The notes under the pieces are model-generated. The model did no database searches. It was not told the origin of the DNA and saw only the letters and a program-made list of their open reading frames with translations. Both the position numbers and the translations under genes were made by a program. Of a stretch of 64,000 bases of DNA, positions 19,878 through 29,963 are shown piece after piece. Position 1 is the stretch's first letter. Every line of letters starts with the position of its first letter. The DNA comes from Solirubrobacteraceae bacterium (GTDB lineage: Bacteria; Actinomycetota; Thermoleophilia; Solirubrobacterales; Solirubrobacteraceae), in contig DASXDA010000001.1 of NCBI GenBank assembly GCA_036490875.1, positions 3,402 through 67,401 of the forward strand, written 5' to 3'.

Positions 19878-20555
19878 ATGGGCAGCCCGCACTCCGGAGG
19901 CGAGATCGATGCGCTGCTCGCCGAGCAGATCGCCTACTACCGAGCGCGGGCACCCGAGTACACGGAGACCGCGTTCCCTGAGGTGCCGGCCGGCGAGATC
20001 TGGGTCGCGCGCGCCGAGGTCGACGCGCTGTTCGCCTCCTTCCGCCCCACCGGTGACGTGCTCGAGCTCGCCTGCCGGCCTGGATCCTGGACGCCGGGGC
20101 TGCTCCGGTGGGCGGAAAGCGTCACCGCCGTCGACGCCTCCCCGGAGATGCTCGCGCTCGCGCGGCGGCAGCTGCCCGGCGAACGCGTCCGCTTCGTTCG
20201 CGCAGACCTCTTCGCCTGGGAGCCCGACGAGCGCTACGACGCCGTGTTCTTCGGTTTCTGGCTCTCGCACGTGCCGCTCGAGCGGTTCGCCGACTTCTGG
20301 GACCTGGTCGCCCTCGCGCTGAAGCCTCGCGGCCGCTTCGCGTTCGTCGACGACGCGTTCCGAACGTCCGACGAGTTGATCGAGGGCGAGGACTCCTCGA
20401 CGGTCCAGCGGCGCCTGAACGACGGCACCGCGTTCCGGGCAGTGAAGGTGCCCCATACCGCCGAGTCCTTGCAGCCTCTGATCGAGCGCCTGGGCTGGGA
20501 GGTCGAGGTGAAGCGGCTGACCGGCCCGTTCTTCTGGGGTGAGGGCCATCGGTAG
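19878..20555 (+). CDS. Class I SAM-dependent methyltransferase
   Basis: EQIAYYRARAPEY, VLELAC, AVDASPEML, FFGFWLSHVP. Confidence 0.85.
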   Translation: MGSPHSGGEIDALLAEQIAYYRARAPEYTETAFPEVPAGEIWVARAEVDALFASFRPTGDVLELACRPGSWTPGLLRWAESVTAVDASPEMLALARRQLPGERVRFVRADLFAWEPDERYDAVFFGFWLSHVPLERFADFWDLVALALKPRGRFAFVDDAFRTSDELIEGEDSSTVQRRLNDGTAFRAVKVPHTAESLQPLIERLGWEVEVKRLTGPFFWGEGHR

Positions 20556-21090
20556 GCCGGAGCTCGAGACCGGACGGCTCGTCCTGGCGCCGATGACGAT
20601 GGACGACGTCGATGCCTACGTCGGCCTGCACTCGGACCCGGACGTGATCGCGTTTCTCGGCGAGATGGACGGGGCGCTGGCGGTGGCCCGGCTCGAGAAG
20701 GACGACCGCCAGTGGGAGAGGTTCGGCTATGGGCTGTTCAAGCTCACGGCGCGCGACGATGGCCGGTTCCTCGGGCGCGTCGGCCTCAGATACTGGCCGC
20801 AGTTCGACGAGACGGAGGTCGGCTGGACGCTCCGGCGCGAGGAGTGGGGGCACGGATATGCCACCGAGGCGGCGGTCGCGGTCGCCGACTGGGGTTTTCG
20901 CACCGTCCCGGTTCCCTACCTCACCGCCTGCATCGAGCCGCGCAACGGCCGCTCGATCGCGGTCGCCGAGCGGCTCGGGATGACGCCCCTGCGCGAGGAT
21001 GTCCTCGACGGGATCCTGGCGATCGGAGGCAAGGTGATCGACGGGATCGAGTGCGTCATCTATGCGGTCCGGCGCGAGGATTGGCGGTAG
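20539..21090 (+). CDS. GNAT (RimJ/RimL-type) N-acetyltransferase
   Basis: LETGRLVL, EVGW...WGHGYATEAA, NGRSIAVAERLGM. Confidence 0.88.
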   Translation: MRAIGRPELETGRLVLAPMTMDDVDAYVGLHSDPDVIAFLGEMDGALAVARLEKDDRQWERFGYGLFKLTARDDGRFLGRVGLRYWPQFDETEVGWTLRREEWGHGYATEAAVAVADWGFRTVPVPYLTACIEPRNGRSIAVAERLGMTPLREDVLDGILAIGGKVIDGIECVIYAVRREDWR

Positions 21091-21120
21091 CTACTCGCGG
21101 CGTCCTACGGCGAACCGCCC

Positions 21121-21885
21121 CTACAGCACCTTCGACAGGAACTCCCGCGTCCGCGCCTCGCGCGGGTTCGCGAGCACCTCGGCGGGCGGGCCCTGTTCGA
21201 CGACGACGCCCTCGTCCATGAACACCATCGAGTCGCCGACTTCGCGTGCGAAGCCCATTTCGTGCGTGACGACGATCATCGTCATCCCGTCGCGGGCGAG
21301 CTGACGCATCGCGTCGAGGACGTCGCCGACGAGCTCCGGGTCGAGCGCCGAGGTCGGCTCGTCGAACAGCATCAGCTTCGGCTGCATCGCGAGCGCGCGG
21401 GCGATCGCGACGCGCTGCTGCTGCCCGCCCGACAGCGCGACCGGGTAGGTGTCGTGCTTGTCGCCCAGGCCGACGCGGTTCAGCAGCTCGCGGCCCCGCT
21501 TGCGAGCCTCGTCGCGGGAGACGCTGAGTACCGCGACCGGCGCGAGCGTCACGTTGTCGAGCGCGGTCATGTGCGGGAACAGGTTGAAGTGCTGGAACAC
21601 CATCCCGATCTCGGCGCGCTTGCCCGTGATCTCGCGGTCGTGCAGCTCGTAGAGCTTGTCGCCGGACTCCCGGTACCCGACGAGCTCGCCGTCGACCGAC
21701 AGCCGCCCGGCGTTGATCTTCTCGAGGTGGTTGATGCAGCGCAGGAACGTCGACTTGCCGGAGCCCGACGGTCCGAGCATGCACATCACCTGGCCGCGGC
21801 GGACCTCGAGGTCGATCCCCTTCAGAACCTCGAGCCGGCCGAATCGCTTGTGGACTCCCTCGGCCTTGACCATCGTGTCGGTCAT
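21121..21885 (-). CDS. Polar amino acid ABC transporter ATP-binding protein
   Basis: [37 protein letters not shown]. Confidence 0.95.
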   Translation of the reverse strand: MTDTMVKAEGVHKRFGRLEVLKGIDLEVRRGQVMCMLGPSGSGKSTFLRCINHLEKINAGRLSVDGELVGYRESGDKLYELHDREITGKRAEIGMVFQHFNLFPHMTALDNVTLAPVAVLSVSRDEARKRGRELLNRVGLGDKHDTYPVALSGGQQQRVAIARALAMQPKLMLFDEPTSALDPELVGDVLDAMRQLARDGMTMIVVTHEMGFAREVGDSMVFMDEGVVVEQGPPAEVLANPREARTREFLSKVL

Positions 21886-22820
21886 AGCGGCGCCGCCTCC
21901 CGACGACGGAACCGGAGCGCGAACAACCGAGTGCCCGCCCGTTCAGCCCGGCTGAACCCTCTCCCGTACCGTCGTTCGACGAAGTACTGGATCACGTAGG
22001 CGATGCTCGTCATCACCAGGTACCAGATGCTCGCGACGATCAGGAGCGGGATCGTCTTGTAGTTCGCGGCGTAGATCTGCTGGGCCTCGAACAGCAGGTC
22101 GAACACGGAGCCGATCACGATCACCAGCGAGGTGTTCTTGAGCATCGAGATCGCCTCGTTGCCCGTCGGCGGGATGATCACGCGCATCGCCTGCGGCAGC
22201 ACGATCTTGCGCATGATCTGCAGCCGGCGCATCCCCAGCGATTGCGCGGCCTCGGTCTGGCCGTGGTGGACCGAGATGATCCCCGCGCGGACGATCTCCG
22301 ACATGTAGGCACCCTCGTTGAGACCGAACCCGAGCAGCGCCGCGACATACGGAGTGATCAGAGTGTTCGCGTTCGCGTGGATGAACGACGGACCGAACGG
22401 AACGCCCAGATCGATGGTCGGGAACAGCGCGCCGATGTTGAACCAGAACAGCAGCTGGACGAGCAGCGGCGTGCCGCGGAAGAACCAGATGTAGATCCAG
22501 CTGGCGCCCGATATCAGCGGGTTCGGCGACAGCCGCATCACCGCGGCGACGACCCCGAGGATGATCCCGATGATCATCGACAGCGCCGTCAGCTCGAGCG
22601 TTACGAGAACCCCGTGGAGGATCCGCGAGTCGAACAGGTAGTGGCCGACCGTGCCCCACTCGAAGTGGGGGTTGCTGACGATCGACCGGACGATCGACGC
22701 GGCGATGACCAACACGATCGCCGCCGCCACCCACCGTCCCGGGTGCCGGACGGGGACGGCCTTGATGTCGTCGGGCCGCCCCGTCCGTGGCTTCTTCAAC
22801 TCCGAGGTTTTGGTCTCCAC
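21882..22820 (-). CDS. Polar amino acid ABC transporter permease
   Basis: [38 protein letters not shown]. Confidence 0.95.
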   Translation of the reverse strand: METKTSELKKPRTGRPDDIKAVPVRHPGRWVAAAIVLVIAASIVRSIVSNPHFEWGTVGHYLFDSRILHGVLVTLELTALSMIIGIILGVVAAVMRLSPNPLISGASWIYIWFFRGTPLLVQLLFWFNIGALFPTIDLGVPFGPSFIHANANTLITPYVAALLGFGLNEGAYMSEIVRAGIISVHHGQTEAAQSLGMRRLQIMRKIVLPQAMRVIIPPTGNEAISMLKNTSLVIVIGSVFDLLFEAQQIYAANYKTIPLLIVASIWYLVMTSIAYVIQYFVERRYGRGFSRAERAGTRLFALRFRRREAAPL

Positions 22821-22845
22821 CCCGGCGTCATTATCGCTCTCGCTG

Positions 22846-23775
22846 CTAGCTGGTCGCTCCGTCGATCTTCACCGCCGACGGCGAGATCGCCACCTGCTGC
22901 AGACCCCAGTGGTTGAGGATCGACGAGTACGTCCCGTTGCTCATGATCTCCTTGAGCGCGGCCAGCACCGCCGGAGCCAGATGCGTGTTCTTCGGAATCG
23001 CCAGCCCGTACGGAGCCGTCGCGAACGCGGCGCCCACGAGCTTGAACTGCCCGCCGGTCTTCTTCACCTGATAGGCGGCGACGGGCTGGTCGGCGAAGCC
23101 GAGCTGCGCGCGGCCGCTGGAGACGGCGAGGTTGGCGCCGTTCTGGTCGGGGAAAACCAACAGCTTCACGGCAGGCTTACCCGCCTTCGTGCACTTCGTG
23201 CTCTGCGTCTGGGCGTCGGTCTGCTCGGTGGTTCCCTTCTCGACCGCGACGCTCTTGCCGCAGATGTCCGCGATCGTGCTGATCGAGGTGCCACCCGAGG
23301 TCTTCGTGTAGAACGACTCGCCGACGTTCGCGTAGTCGACGAAGTCGACCGTCTTCTCGCGCTCCTTGGTGTCGGTGAACGACGAGGCACCCATGTCGTA
23401 CTTACCGGCGGCGAGCCCCGGGATGATGCTGTCGAACGTGGCGTTGACCACGTTCGCCTTCATGCCCATCACCGCGGCAAGCGCCTTGACGAGGTCGGGG
23501 TCCATCCCGATGACCGTGTGCCCGTCGGGGCCGAAGTACTCGTCCGGCGCGTAGCTCGCGTCAGCGGCCACCGTCAGCGTGCCCTTCGACTTGATCGGCG
23601 CGGGCACCAGCTTGACGACGGATGCGACCGCCGTGCTCGATCCGGTGGTCGCGGTGTTCGCGCTCGTGGCGGTGGCGGATGTCGTACTCGACGACCCACT
23701 CGACCCGCACGCCGCGATTACCACGATCCCGGCCAGGACCGCCGGGATGGCCACCCACTTCTTCCATGAACCCAT
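22846..23775 (-). CDS. Amino acid ABC transporter substrate-binding lipoprotein (SBP family 3)
   Basis: Lipobox IAAC, DASYAPDE, FDSIIPGL, TDTKERE; ATG 23775 has a purine-rich RBS. Confidence 0.92.
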   Translation of the reverse strand: MGSWKKWVAIPAVLAGIVVIAACGSSGSSSTTSATATSANTATTGSSTAVASVVKLVPAPIKSKGTLTVAADASYAPDEYFGPDGHTVIGMDPDLVKALAAVMGMKANVVNATFDSIIPGLAAGKYDMGASSFTDTKEREKTVDFVDYANVGESFYTKTSGGTSISTIADICGKSVAVEKGTTEQTDAQTQSTKCTKAGKPAVKLLVFPDQNGANLAVSSGRAQLGFADQPVAAYQVKKTGGQFKLVGAAFATAPYGLAIPKNTHLAPAVLAALKEIMSNGTYSSILNHWGLQQVAISPSAVKIDGATS

Positions 23776-23875
23776 TTCTCTCTCCTTTCCCAAAAGAACC
23801 GGGCCAGCATATGCGACCGCAAGGCCCGTGGCACACGGGTTAACCGCTCGCCAACACAGCTAGCCTTCGGCGCTA

Positions 23876-24520
23876 ATGGAAGTTCGCGTGCGTCTGTTTG
23901 CCGCGCTCCGTGAGCGCTACGGGGCACCGGAGGTGGTGCTCGAGCTGCCCGACGGCGCGCGCGTCGGCGACGCCATCGAGCGGCTCGCAGACGTGACGCA
24001 GGGATGCGAGGCGGTGATCGCGGTCAATCGCGAGTACGCCGAGCCCGCCGAGCCGCTGCACGATGGCGATGAGGTGGCGCTGATCCCGCCCGTCTCCGGG
24101 GGCTCGATCGACTCGCTCCACGCGCTGGTCACCGACCGCCCGCTCGCGATCGAGCCGCTGATCGAGCGGGTCCGCGACCCGCGCGCTGGCGCCGTCGTCA
24201 CCTTCCATGGCGTCACGCGCGATGTCCACGAGCTCGAGTACGAGGCGTACAGGGAGATGGCCGAGTCCCAGATCGCCGAGATCGTCGCGCGGGCGATCGA
24301 GCGGCACGGGCTTTGCGCGGCCGCCGCCGAGCACCGGGTCGGCGCCGTCCCGCTGTCCGAGCCTTCCGTCCTGGTCGCCGTGTCGGCACCGCACCGCGAC
24401 GCAGCGTTCGCTGGAGCGCGCGAGATCATCGACGAGATCAAGGCCCGCGCGCCGATCTGGAAGAAGGAGGAGGGCGAGTGGAAAGAGGGGACCCGCCCGC
24501 CGACGCCGCCCAGCGCTTGA
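23876..24520 (+). CDS. moaD-moaE: Molybdopterin synthase MoaD-MoaE fusion (MoaX-like)
   Basis: VRLFAALRE...VALIPPVSGG (MoaD) fused to GAVVTF...LEYEAY...HR...PIWKKE (MoaE). Confidence 0.92.
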   Translation: MEVRVRLFAALRERYGAPEVVLELPDGARVGDAIERLADVTQGCEAVIAVNREYAEPAEPLHDGDEVALIPPVSGGSIDSLHALVTDRPLAIEPLIERVRDPRAGAVVTFHGVTRDVHELEYEAYREMAESQIAEIVARAIERHGLCAAAAEHRVGAVPLSEPSVLVAVSAPHRDAAFAGAREIIDEIKARAPIWKKEEGEWKEGTRPPTPPSA

Positions 24521-25836
24521 GGGCGCTGCCGGCCGTCCACGAGCTCGCGGCCAAGCTCGACGGCCCCCACACGCTCGCGGTCGCCGCGGCCAGGCAGGCG
24601 ATCGAGGAGCAGCGTCGCGCGCTCCAGGCAGGCGGGCCGGCCACGGAGGACGTTGAGCCGCGGGCGCGGGAGCTCCTGGAGTCGATGCGACGCCCCTCGC
24701 TGCGACCGGTGATCAACGCGACCGGCGTGATCGTCCATACGAATCTCGGCCGCGCGCCGCTCCCGACCGCCGCCCGCGACGCCGTGGCGGCGGCGGCGAC
24801 CGGCTACTCGAACCTCGAGCTCGAATTGGAGAGCGGTGAGCGCGGCAGCCGGCACGCCCACGTCGAGGGCCTGCTCGAAGAGCTGACGGGAGCCGAGGCG
24901 GCGATTGCCGTCAACAACGGCGCCGCCGCAGTGCTGCTCGCCGTCGCCGCGCTCGGGGGCCCCAGCCGGGCGGTGGCGGTCTCGCGCGGGCAGCTCGTCG
25001 AGATCGGCGGCGGTTTCCGGATCCCCGACGTGGTCGCGCAGTCGGGCGCGACGCTGGTCGAGGTCGGCACGACGAACCGGACGAGGCTGTCCGACTACGA
25101 GCGAGTGCTCGCTGCAGACCCGGACGCCGTGGTCCTCCGCGTCCACCAGTCGAACTTCCGCGCGGTCGGGTTCGTCGAGGACGTCTCGATCGAGGCGCTT
25201 TGCGAACTCGGCGTTCCCGTGATCGACGACGTCGGCTCGGGGGTGCTCGCCGACGCCGCCGGGATCCCTGCGCTCGGCGACGAGCCGTCGATCAAGCACT
25301 CGCTCGAGGCGGGCGCCGCGCTCGTCTGCTGCTCGGGCGACAAGCTGCTCGGCGGTCCGCAGGCGGGGCTGATCGTCGGGAAGCGTGCTGCCGTCGCCGT
25401 CGCCCGCGCGCACCCGCTCGCGCGCGCGATGCGGATCGACAAGCTGTCGCTCGCCGCGCTCGAGGCGACGCTGCGCCTCTACCGCGAGCCCGAGCTGGCG
25501 CGGCGAGAGATCCCGGTGCTGGCGATGCTCGACGCCCCAGAGGGCGAGCTGGCCGCTCGAGCGCAAAAGCTCGCCGACGGGGTCGGGCCGAGCGCGACCG
25601 TGATCCAAACGATCTCGAAGGTCGGCGGCGGCGCGCTGCCGCTGCTCGAGCTCGAGGGTCCAGCCGTCGCGCTCGAGTCCGAGACGCCTCCAACAGAACT
25701 GGCCAAGAGGCTCCGGGCCGCCGATCCCCCTGTGCTCGCGCGAATCCATGATGGCCGGGTGCTGCTGGACCCGCGGACGCTCCGCGACGGCGAGCTGGAC
25801 CAGGTGATCGCGGCGGCGCGCGCCGCTAGCGGCTGA
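24478..25836 (+). CDS. selA: L-seryl-tRNA(Sec) selenium transferase
   Basis: VINATGVIVHTNLGRAPL, VNNGAAA, SRGQLVEIGGGFRIP, EVGTTNRT, SGDKLLGGPQAG; GTG 24478 follows AAGGAGG. Confidence 0.95.
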   Translation: MERGDPPADAAQRLRALPAVHELAAKLDGPHTLAVAAARQAIEEQRRALQAGGPATEDVEPRARELLESMRRPSLRPVINATGVIVHTNLGRAPLPTAARDAVAAAATGYSNLELELESGERGSRHAHVEGLLEELTGAEAAIAVNNGAAAVLLAVAALGGPSRAVAVSRGQLVEIGGGFRIPDVVAQSGATLVEVGTTNRTRLSDYERVLAADPDAVVLRVHQSNFRAVGFVEDVSIEALCELGVPVIDDVGSGVLADAAGIPALGDEPSIKHSLEAGAALVCCSGDKLLGGPQAGLIVGKRAAVAVARAHPLARAMRIDKLSLAALEATLRLYREPELARREIPVLAMLDAPEGELAARAQKLADGVGPSATVIQTISKVGGGALPLLELEGPAVALESETPPTELAKRLRAADPPVLARIHDGRVLLDPRTLRDGELDQVIAAARAASG

Positions 25837-25915
25837 AAAAAGGACGGTTTCCGAACCGCCACCGCGAGGAAGCCGCTTCGTGCGTCGTTCCCTCTACGTG
25901 GTGAGGAGTCCACGC

Positions 25916-27460
25916 ATGCTCGCGATCGCGGCCGCGTCGGCGCTCGCGCTGGCCGCGCCGGCGGGAGCGGGGGCCCAGCCGGTTACGGCCGGCGCGTTCG
26001 CCCGCGCGGAGGTCGCCCACTACGCGGCGAAGGCGCACGCGAAGTCGAGCCCATTGATCGGCGTCGACTACCAGGACTGCATCGACCCGGCCGGCAATCC
26101 GGCGCCGGGCAGCACGGCGTGGCAGGAGCGCGACGCGATCAACCAGTACTGCGCGACCCTCCGCCTGCGCGACCAGGTCGACAACCCGGCGTACAACAAC
26201 GCCAACCGGGCCGAGGGCGACAACCTCTACGTGGCCCAGCTCCAGGAACAGGCCGGCGACGGTCCCGGCCACGTCCACGGCGGTCTGACGACGCTCGTGC
26301 CCGGCTCGCAGGGGGCCGACGCGTTCCGCGCGCTCGACCGCTGGGAGCAGCTCAGGATCGGTCGCGACCAGCGGATCAAGCTCACGTCGACCGACGGCGC
26401 CCAGCTGCGCGGCCACGTGTTCGAGCCACTCGGCACGCCGCCGCGTGGCGGCTGGCCGGGCGTGGTGATCACCGACGGCTCCGTGCAGGGCTACGAGCAG
26501 CTCTACTACTGGGCGGCCGAGGACCTTGTCGCCCACGGCTACGAGGTGATGACCTACGACGTCCAGGGACAGGGTGACTCCGACCTGCTTCCGGCGAACT
26601 GCACCCCGAGCGTCTCCGAGCTGGAGACCGGCTCGCTCTGCCAGGGCGTCCCGTACCAGCAGAGCTACAACTTCTACCAGGGCGCCGAGGACTCGCTGAA
26701 CTGGTTCGACTCGGCCGCGAACCCGTACTTCAAGCAGCTGGGCACGAACAAGATCGCGCTCGCGGGGCACTCACTCGGGGCGGCTGCGGTCAGCGAGGTC
26801 GGGCAGTGCGACAAGCGTGTGAAGACGATCGTCGCGTGGGACGACCTCGACGCGATCACCAGCTGCAGCGGCGGCGGCGGCGAGACGATTCCTGCGAAGT
26901 ACCGCTACACCGACGGCAGGCTGATTCACGTGCCGGCGCTCGCGCTGACCAACGACTACCTGTTCAACCCGCAGCCGATGGGCTCGCAGCCGGACGCGCA
27001 GTCGAAGGCGGCCGGCTACGACCAGATCGCGAAGGCCGGGTACGACTCGATGCAGGTCGCGTTCCGGGGCGCGACCCACCTGACCTACACCTATGTTCCC
27101 TACGTGCTCCCGGCCAGCGAGCTCGCCGAGCGGTTCGCCTCCTACTACACGGTCGCCTGGCTTGATCGCTACCTGAAGGGCGACGGCGGCGGCTTCACCC
27201 GGCTGACCGCGACGAAATTCGATCGGAGCGCCGACACCGACTCGATTGGCGCCGGGCTCTACGACCCGCAGGCGGCCCTCGCGGATCCAACGGATCCCAC
27301 CGCCGGCAACGTGCCGTACAAGATCGACGGGATCTCGATCCCCGACATCGTGTCGTTCTATTACATGTCGCAGTACACGCTGACCCCCCAACACGGGACC
27401 AAGGTCACGTGCCTCGACATCCGGGCGCACTGCCCCGCCAAGGCGCCTGCTACGCCCTAG
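25916..27460 (+). CDS. Secreted alpha/beta hydrolase
   Basis: Signal peptide ending [18 protein letters not shown] nucleophile elbow, ATH; GAGGAG upstream of ATG. Confidence 0.8.
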   Translation: MLAIAAASALALAAPAGAGAQPVTAGAFARAEVAHYAAKAHAKSSPLIGVDYQDCIDPAGNPAPGSTAWQERDAINQYCATLRLRDQVDNPAYNNANRAEGDNLYVAQLQEQAGDGPGHVHGGLTTLVPGSQGADAFRALDRWEQLRIGRDQRIKLTSTDGAQLRGHVFEPLGTPPRGGWPGVVITDGSVQGYEQLYYWAAEDLVAHGYEVMTYDVQGQGDSDLLPANCTPSVSELETGSLCQGVPYQQSYNFYQGAEDSLNWFDSAANPYFKQLGTNKIALAGHSLGAAAVSEVGQCDKRVKTIVAWDDLDAITSCSGGGGETIPAKYRYTDGRLIHVPALALTNDYLFNPQPMGSQPDAQSKAAGYDQIAKAGYDSMQVAFRGATHLTYTYVPYVLPASELAERFASYYTVAWLDRYLKGDGGGFTRLTATKFDRSADTDSIGAGLYDPQAALADPTDPTAGNVPYKIDGISIPDIVSFYYMSQYTLTPQHGTKVTCLDIRAHCPAKAPATP

Positions 27461-27495
27461 CGCGGCCGCTGTGGCCGCCCATATAGTCGGTCGGC

Positions 27496-29001
27496 GTGAT
27501 GGATGCCGTCGCGCCGCTCACGCTCGGAACCGCGGGGCACATCGACCACGGCAAGACCGCGCTGATCCGCGCGCTGACCGGGGTTGACACCGACCGCCTG
27601 CCCGAGGAGCGTGCGCGAGGGATCTCGATCGAGCTCGGCTACGCCTCGCTCGCGCTGCCGTCCGGCCGGCGGCTGTCGGTGATCGACGCTCCCGGCCACG
27701 AGCGATTCGTGCGGACGATGGTCGCGGGCGCGACCGGGATCGACCTGTACCTGATGACGGTCGCAGCCGACGACGGGGTGATGCCACAGACGCGCGAGCA
27801 CGCGATGGTGCTCCGCGCGCTCGGGGTCGAGGCCGGGGTGATCGCGGTGACGAAGAGTGACCTCGCCGACCCGGACGTCGCGATGATCGAGGCGACGGAG
27901 CTGCTCGAGGGCGCCGAGGCCGTCGCCGTCTCCGCCCGCACGGGCGAGGGTCTCGACGAGCTGCGCGCGGCGCTCGAACGGGCGGCGTCCTCGCTCTCGA
28001 GCCGCGCGAACCTGCCCGATGCAGCGCGGCTGCACATCGACCGAGCGTTCACGATCAGGGGCGCGGGCACGGTCGTCACCGGCACACTGTGGTCGGGGAG
28101 CATCACTCGCGGCGACGAGGTCCGGCTGCTTCCGGAGGGGATCGGCGCGCGGGTCCGGGCCGTGCAGATCCACGACCGGGCGGTCGAGCGCGCGTCGGCC
28201 GGACAGCGCGTGGCTGTCAACCTCATGGGTATCGCCGTCACCGAGGTGCGCCGCGGGGACGTGCTGGTCTCTCCGGACGCGGAGCTCCGCCCGACGTACC
28301 TGATCGATGCCCGGCTCGAGCTCGGCGACGAGGATCCGGAGACCGGCATCCGCGTCCACGTCCACCACGGCACCCGCGAGACGCCCGCGCGGATCTCCTG
28401 GCTCGGCGGCGATTTCTGGCAGCTCCGGCTCGAGCAGCCGCTGATCGCCGCCGCGGGCGACCGGCTCGTGATCCGCCAGATCGCACCGCCCGACACCCTC
28501 GGCGGCGGCGTCGTGCTCGACCCGAACCCGCGTAAGCACGGTCCGTCGCGCGAGGTGTTGACGCGCCTGCAGAGGCTCGCGTCCGGGGAGCAGGAGCCGC
28601 CGTGCGAAGAGCCCGCCGCACAGAAGGAACCGGAGCCAGCCCCCGAACCGCTGTCTGCCTCCGTGCTCGCGCTCGAGCAGCGCCTGCGCGCGGCAGCGGC
28701 GGAGCCCCCGCTCGACTCCGAGCTCGACCCGGCGGATCTCGCCGCCCTACGGCAAGCCGGTCGCGCCGTCCGCGTCTCGAAGAACCTCCACTACCACCCG
28801 GAGACGCTCGATCAGATCCGCGACCGGGTGGTCGCGCTGGCGCGGCTGGGCGGCGGCGCGGTCACGCTCGCGGCGGTCCGCGACGAGCTCGGAACCTCGA
28901 GAAAATTTGCACAGGCGCTGCTCGAGCACTTCGACTCCGAGCGGCTCACGATCCGCCGTGGCGACGAGCATGTACTGCGCCGGTCGAGCTCGGCCATGTA
29001 G
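27496..29001 (+). CDS. selB: Selenocysteine-specific elongation factor (short form)
   Basis: [27 protein letters not shown]-terminal [19 protein letters not shown] winged helix. Confidence 0.93.
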   Translation: MMDAVAPLTLGTAGHIDHGKTALIRALTGVDTDRLPEERARGISIELGYASLALPSGRRLSVIDAPGHERFVRTMVAGATGIDLYLMTVAADDGVMPQTREHAMVLRALGVEAGVIAVTKSDLADPDVAMIEATELLEGAEAVAVSARTGEGLDELRAALERAASSLSSRANLPDAARLHIDRAFTIRGAGTVVTGTLWSGSITRGDEVRLLPEGIGARVRAVQIHDRAVERASAGQRVAVNLMGIAVTEVRRGDVLVSPDAELRPTYLIDARLELGDEDPETGIRVHVHHGTRETPARISWLGGDFWQLRLEQPLIAAAGDRLVIRQIAPPDTLGGGVVLDPNPRKHGPSREVLTRLQRLASGEQEPPCEEPAAQKEPEPAPEPLSASVLALEQRLRAAAAEPPLDSELDPADLAALRQAGRAVRVSKNLHYHPETLDQIRDRVVALARLGGGAVTLAAVRDELGTSRKFAQALLEHFDSERLTIRRGDEHVLRRSSSAM

Positions 29002-29015
29002 ATTCTTCCGCGCCG

Positions 29016-29963
29016 ATGACGACGAGCCTCGTAACCGGCGGAGCCGGATTCCTGGGATCGCACCTCTGTGACGAGTTGCTCTCGCGCGGACACAGGGTGA
29101 TCTGCGTCGACAACCTCGAGACGGGGACGCTCTCGAACATCGAGCACATCAGGACACAGGACTTCGTCCACCTGAACCTCGACATCATCGAGCCGTACTT
29201 CGTCGGGGAGCAGATCGACTTCGTCTACCACCTCGCGTCGCCGGCGTCGCCGATCGATTACCTGCGGCTGCCGCTGCACACGCTGAAGGTCGGCTCCTAC
29301 GGGACCCACCAGACACTCGGGCTTGCGAAAAAGCACCGCGCCCGTTTCCTGATCGCCTCGACCAGTGAGGTCTACGGCGACCCCGAGCTCCACCCCCAGC
29401 AGGAGACCTACTGGGGCAATGTGAACCCGATCGGCCCGCGCGGCGTCTACGACGAGGCCAAGCGCTACGCCGAGGCGCTGACGATGGCGTATCACCGCCA
29501 GCAGGGCGTCGACACCGCGATCGTCCGCATCTTCAACACCTACGGCCCGAGGATGCGCCCCCACGACGGCCGTGCGATCCCGACGTTCCTTCGCCAAGCG
29601 CTCCAGGACCGCGCGATCACCGTGTTCGGCGACGGCTCTCAGACGAGGTCGTTCTGCTACGTCGACGACGAGATCCGCGGCCTCATCGCGCTCGCGGAGT
29701 CCGGCCACCACGACCCGGTGAACATCGGCAATCCGAATGAGTTCACGCTGCTCGAGCTGGCCCACGCCGTGATCGAGGTGACCGGCTCTCGCTCGGAGAT
29801 CGTGTACGAGGCGCTTCCCACCGACGACCCCAAGGTGCGCCAGCCGGACATCACGCTCGCGCGCGAGATCCTCGGCTGGGAGCCCGAGATCGACCTCCGC
29901 GAGGGCCTCAGGCGGACGATCGAGCAGTCCGGGGTCGAGGCGCTCGTCGGCACCGCTTACTGA
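29016..29963 (+). CDS. UDP-glucuronic acid decarboxylase family SDR (UDP-xylose synthase-like)
   Basis: [45 protein letters not shown]. Confidence 0.92.
   Translation: MTTSLVTGGAGFLGSHLCDELLSRGHRVICVDNLETGTLSNIEHIRTQDFVHLNLDIIEPYFVGEQIDFVYHLASPASPIDYLRLPLHTLKVGSYGTHQTLGLAKKHRARFLIASTSEVYGDPELHPQQETYWGNVNPIGPRGVYDEAKRYAEALTMAYHRQQGVDTAIVRIFNTYGPRMRPHDGRAIPTFLRQALQDRAITVFGDGSQTRSFCYVDDEIRGLIALAESGHHDPVNIGNPNEFTLLELAHAVIEVTGSRSEIVYEALPTDDPKVRQPDITLAREILGWEPEIDLREGLRRTIEQSGVEALVGTAY

Noticed and set aside
19878-20555. Motif I reads ELACRPG rather than ELACGxG, possible inactivation
   Set aside because: Single substitution in an otherwise intact ORF; not enough to call a pseudogene
23876-29963. 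tRNA-Sec or UGA-readthrough selenoprotein near selA/selB
   Set aside because: Spacers are too short for selC and neighbouring ORFs are complete without an in-frame UGA; checked by eye only
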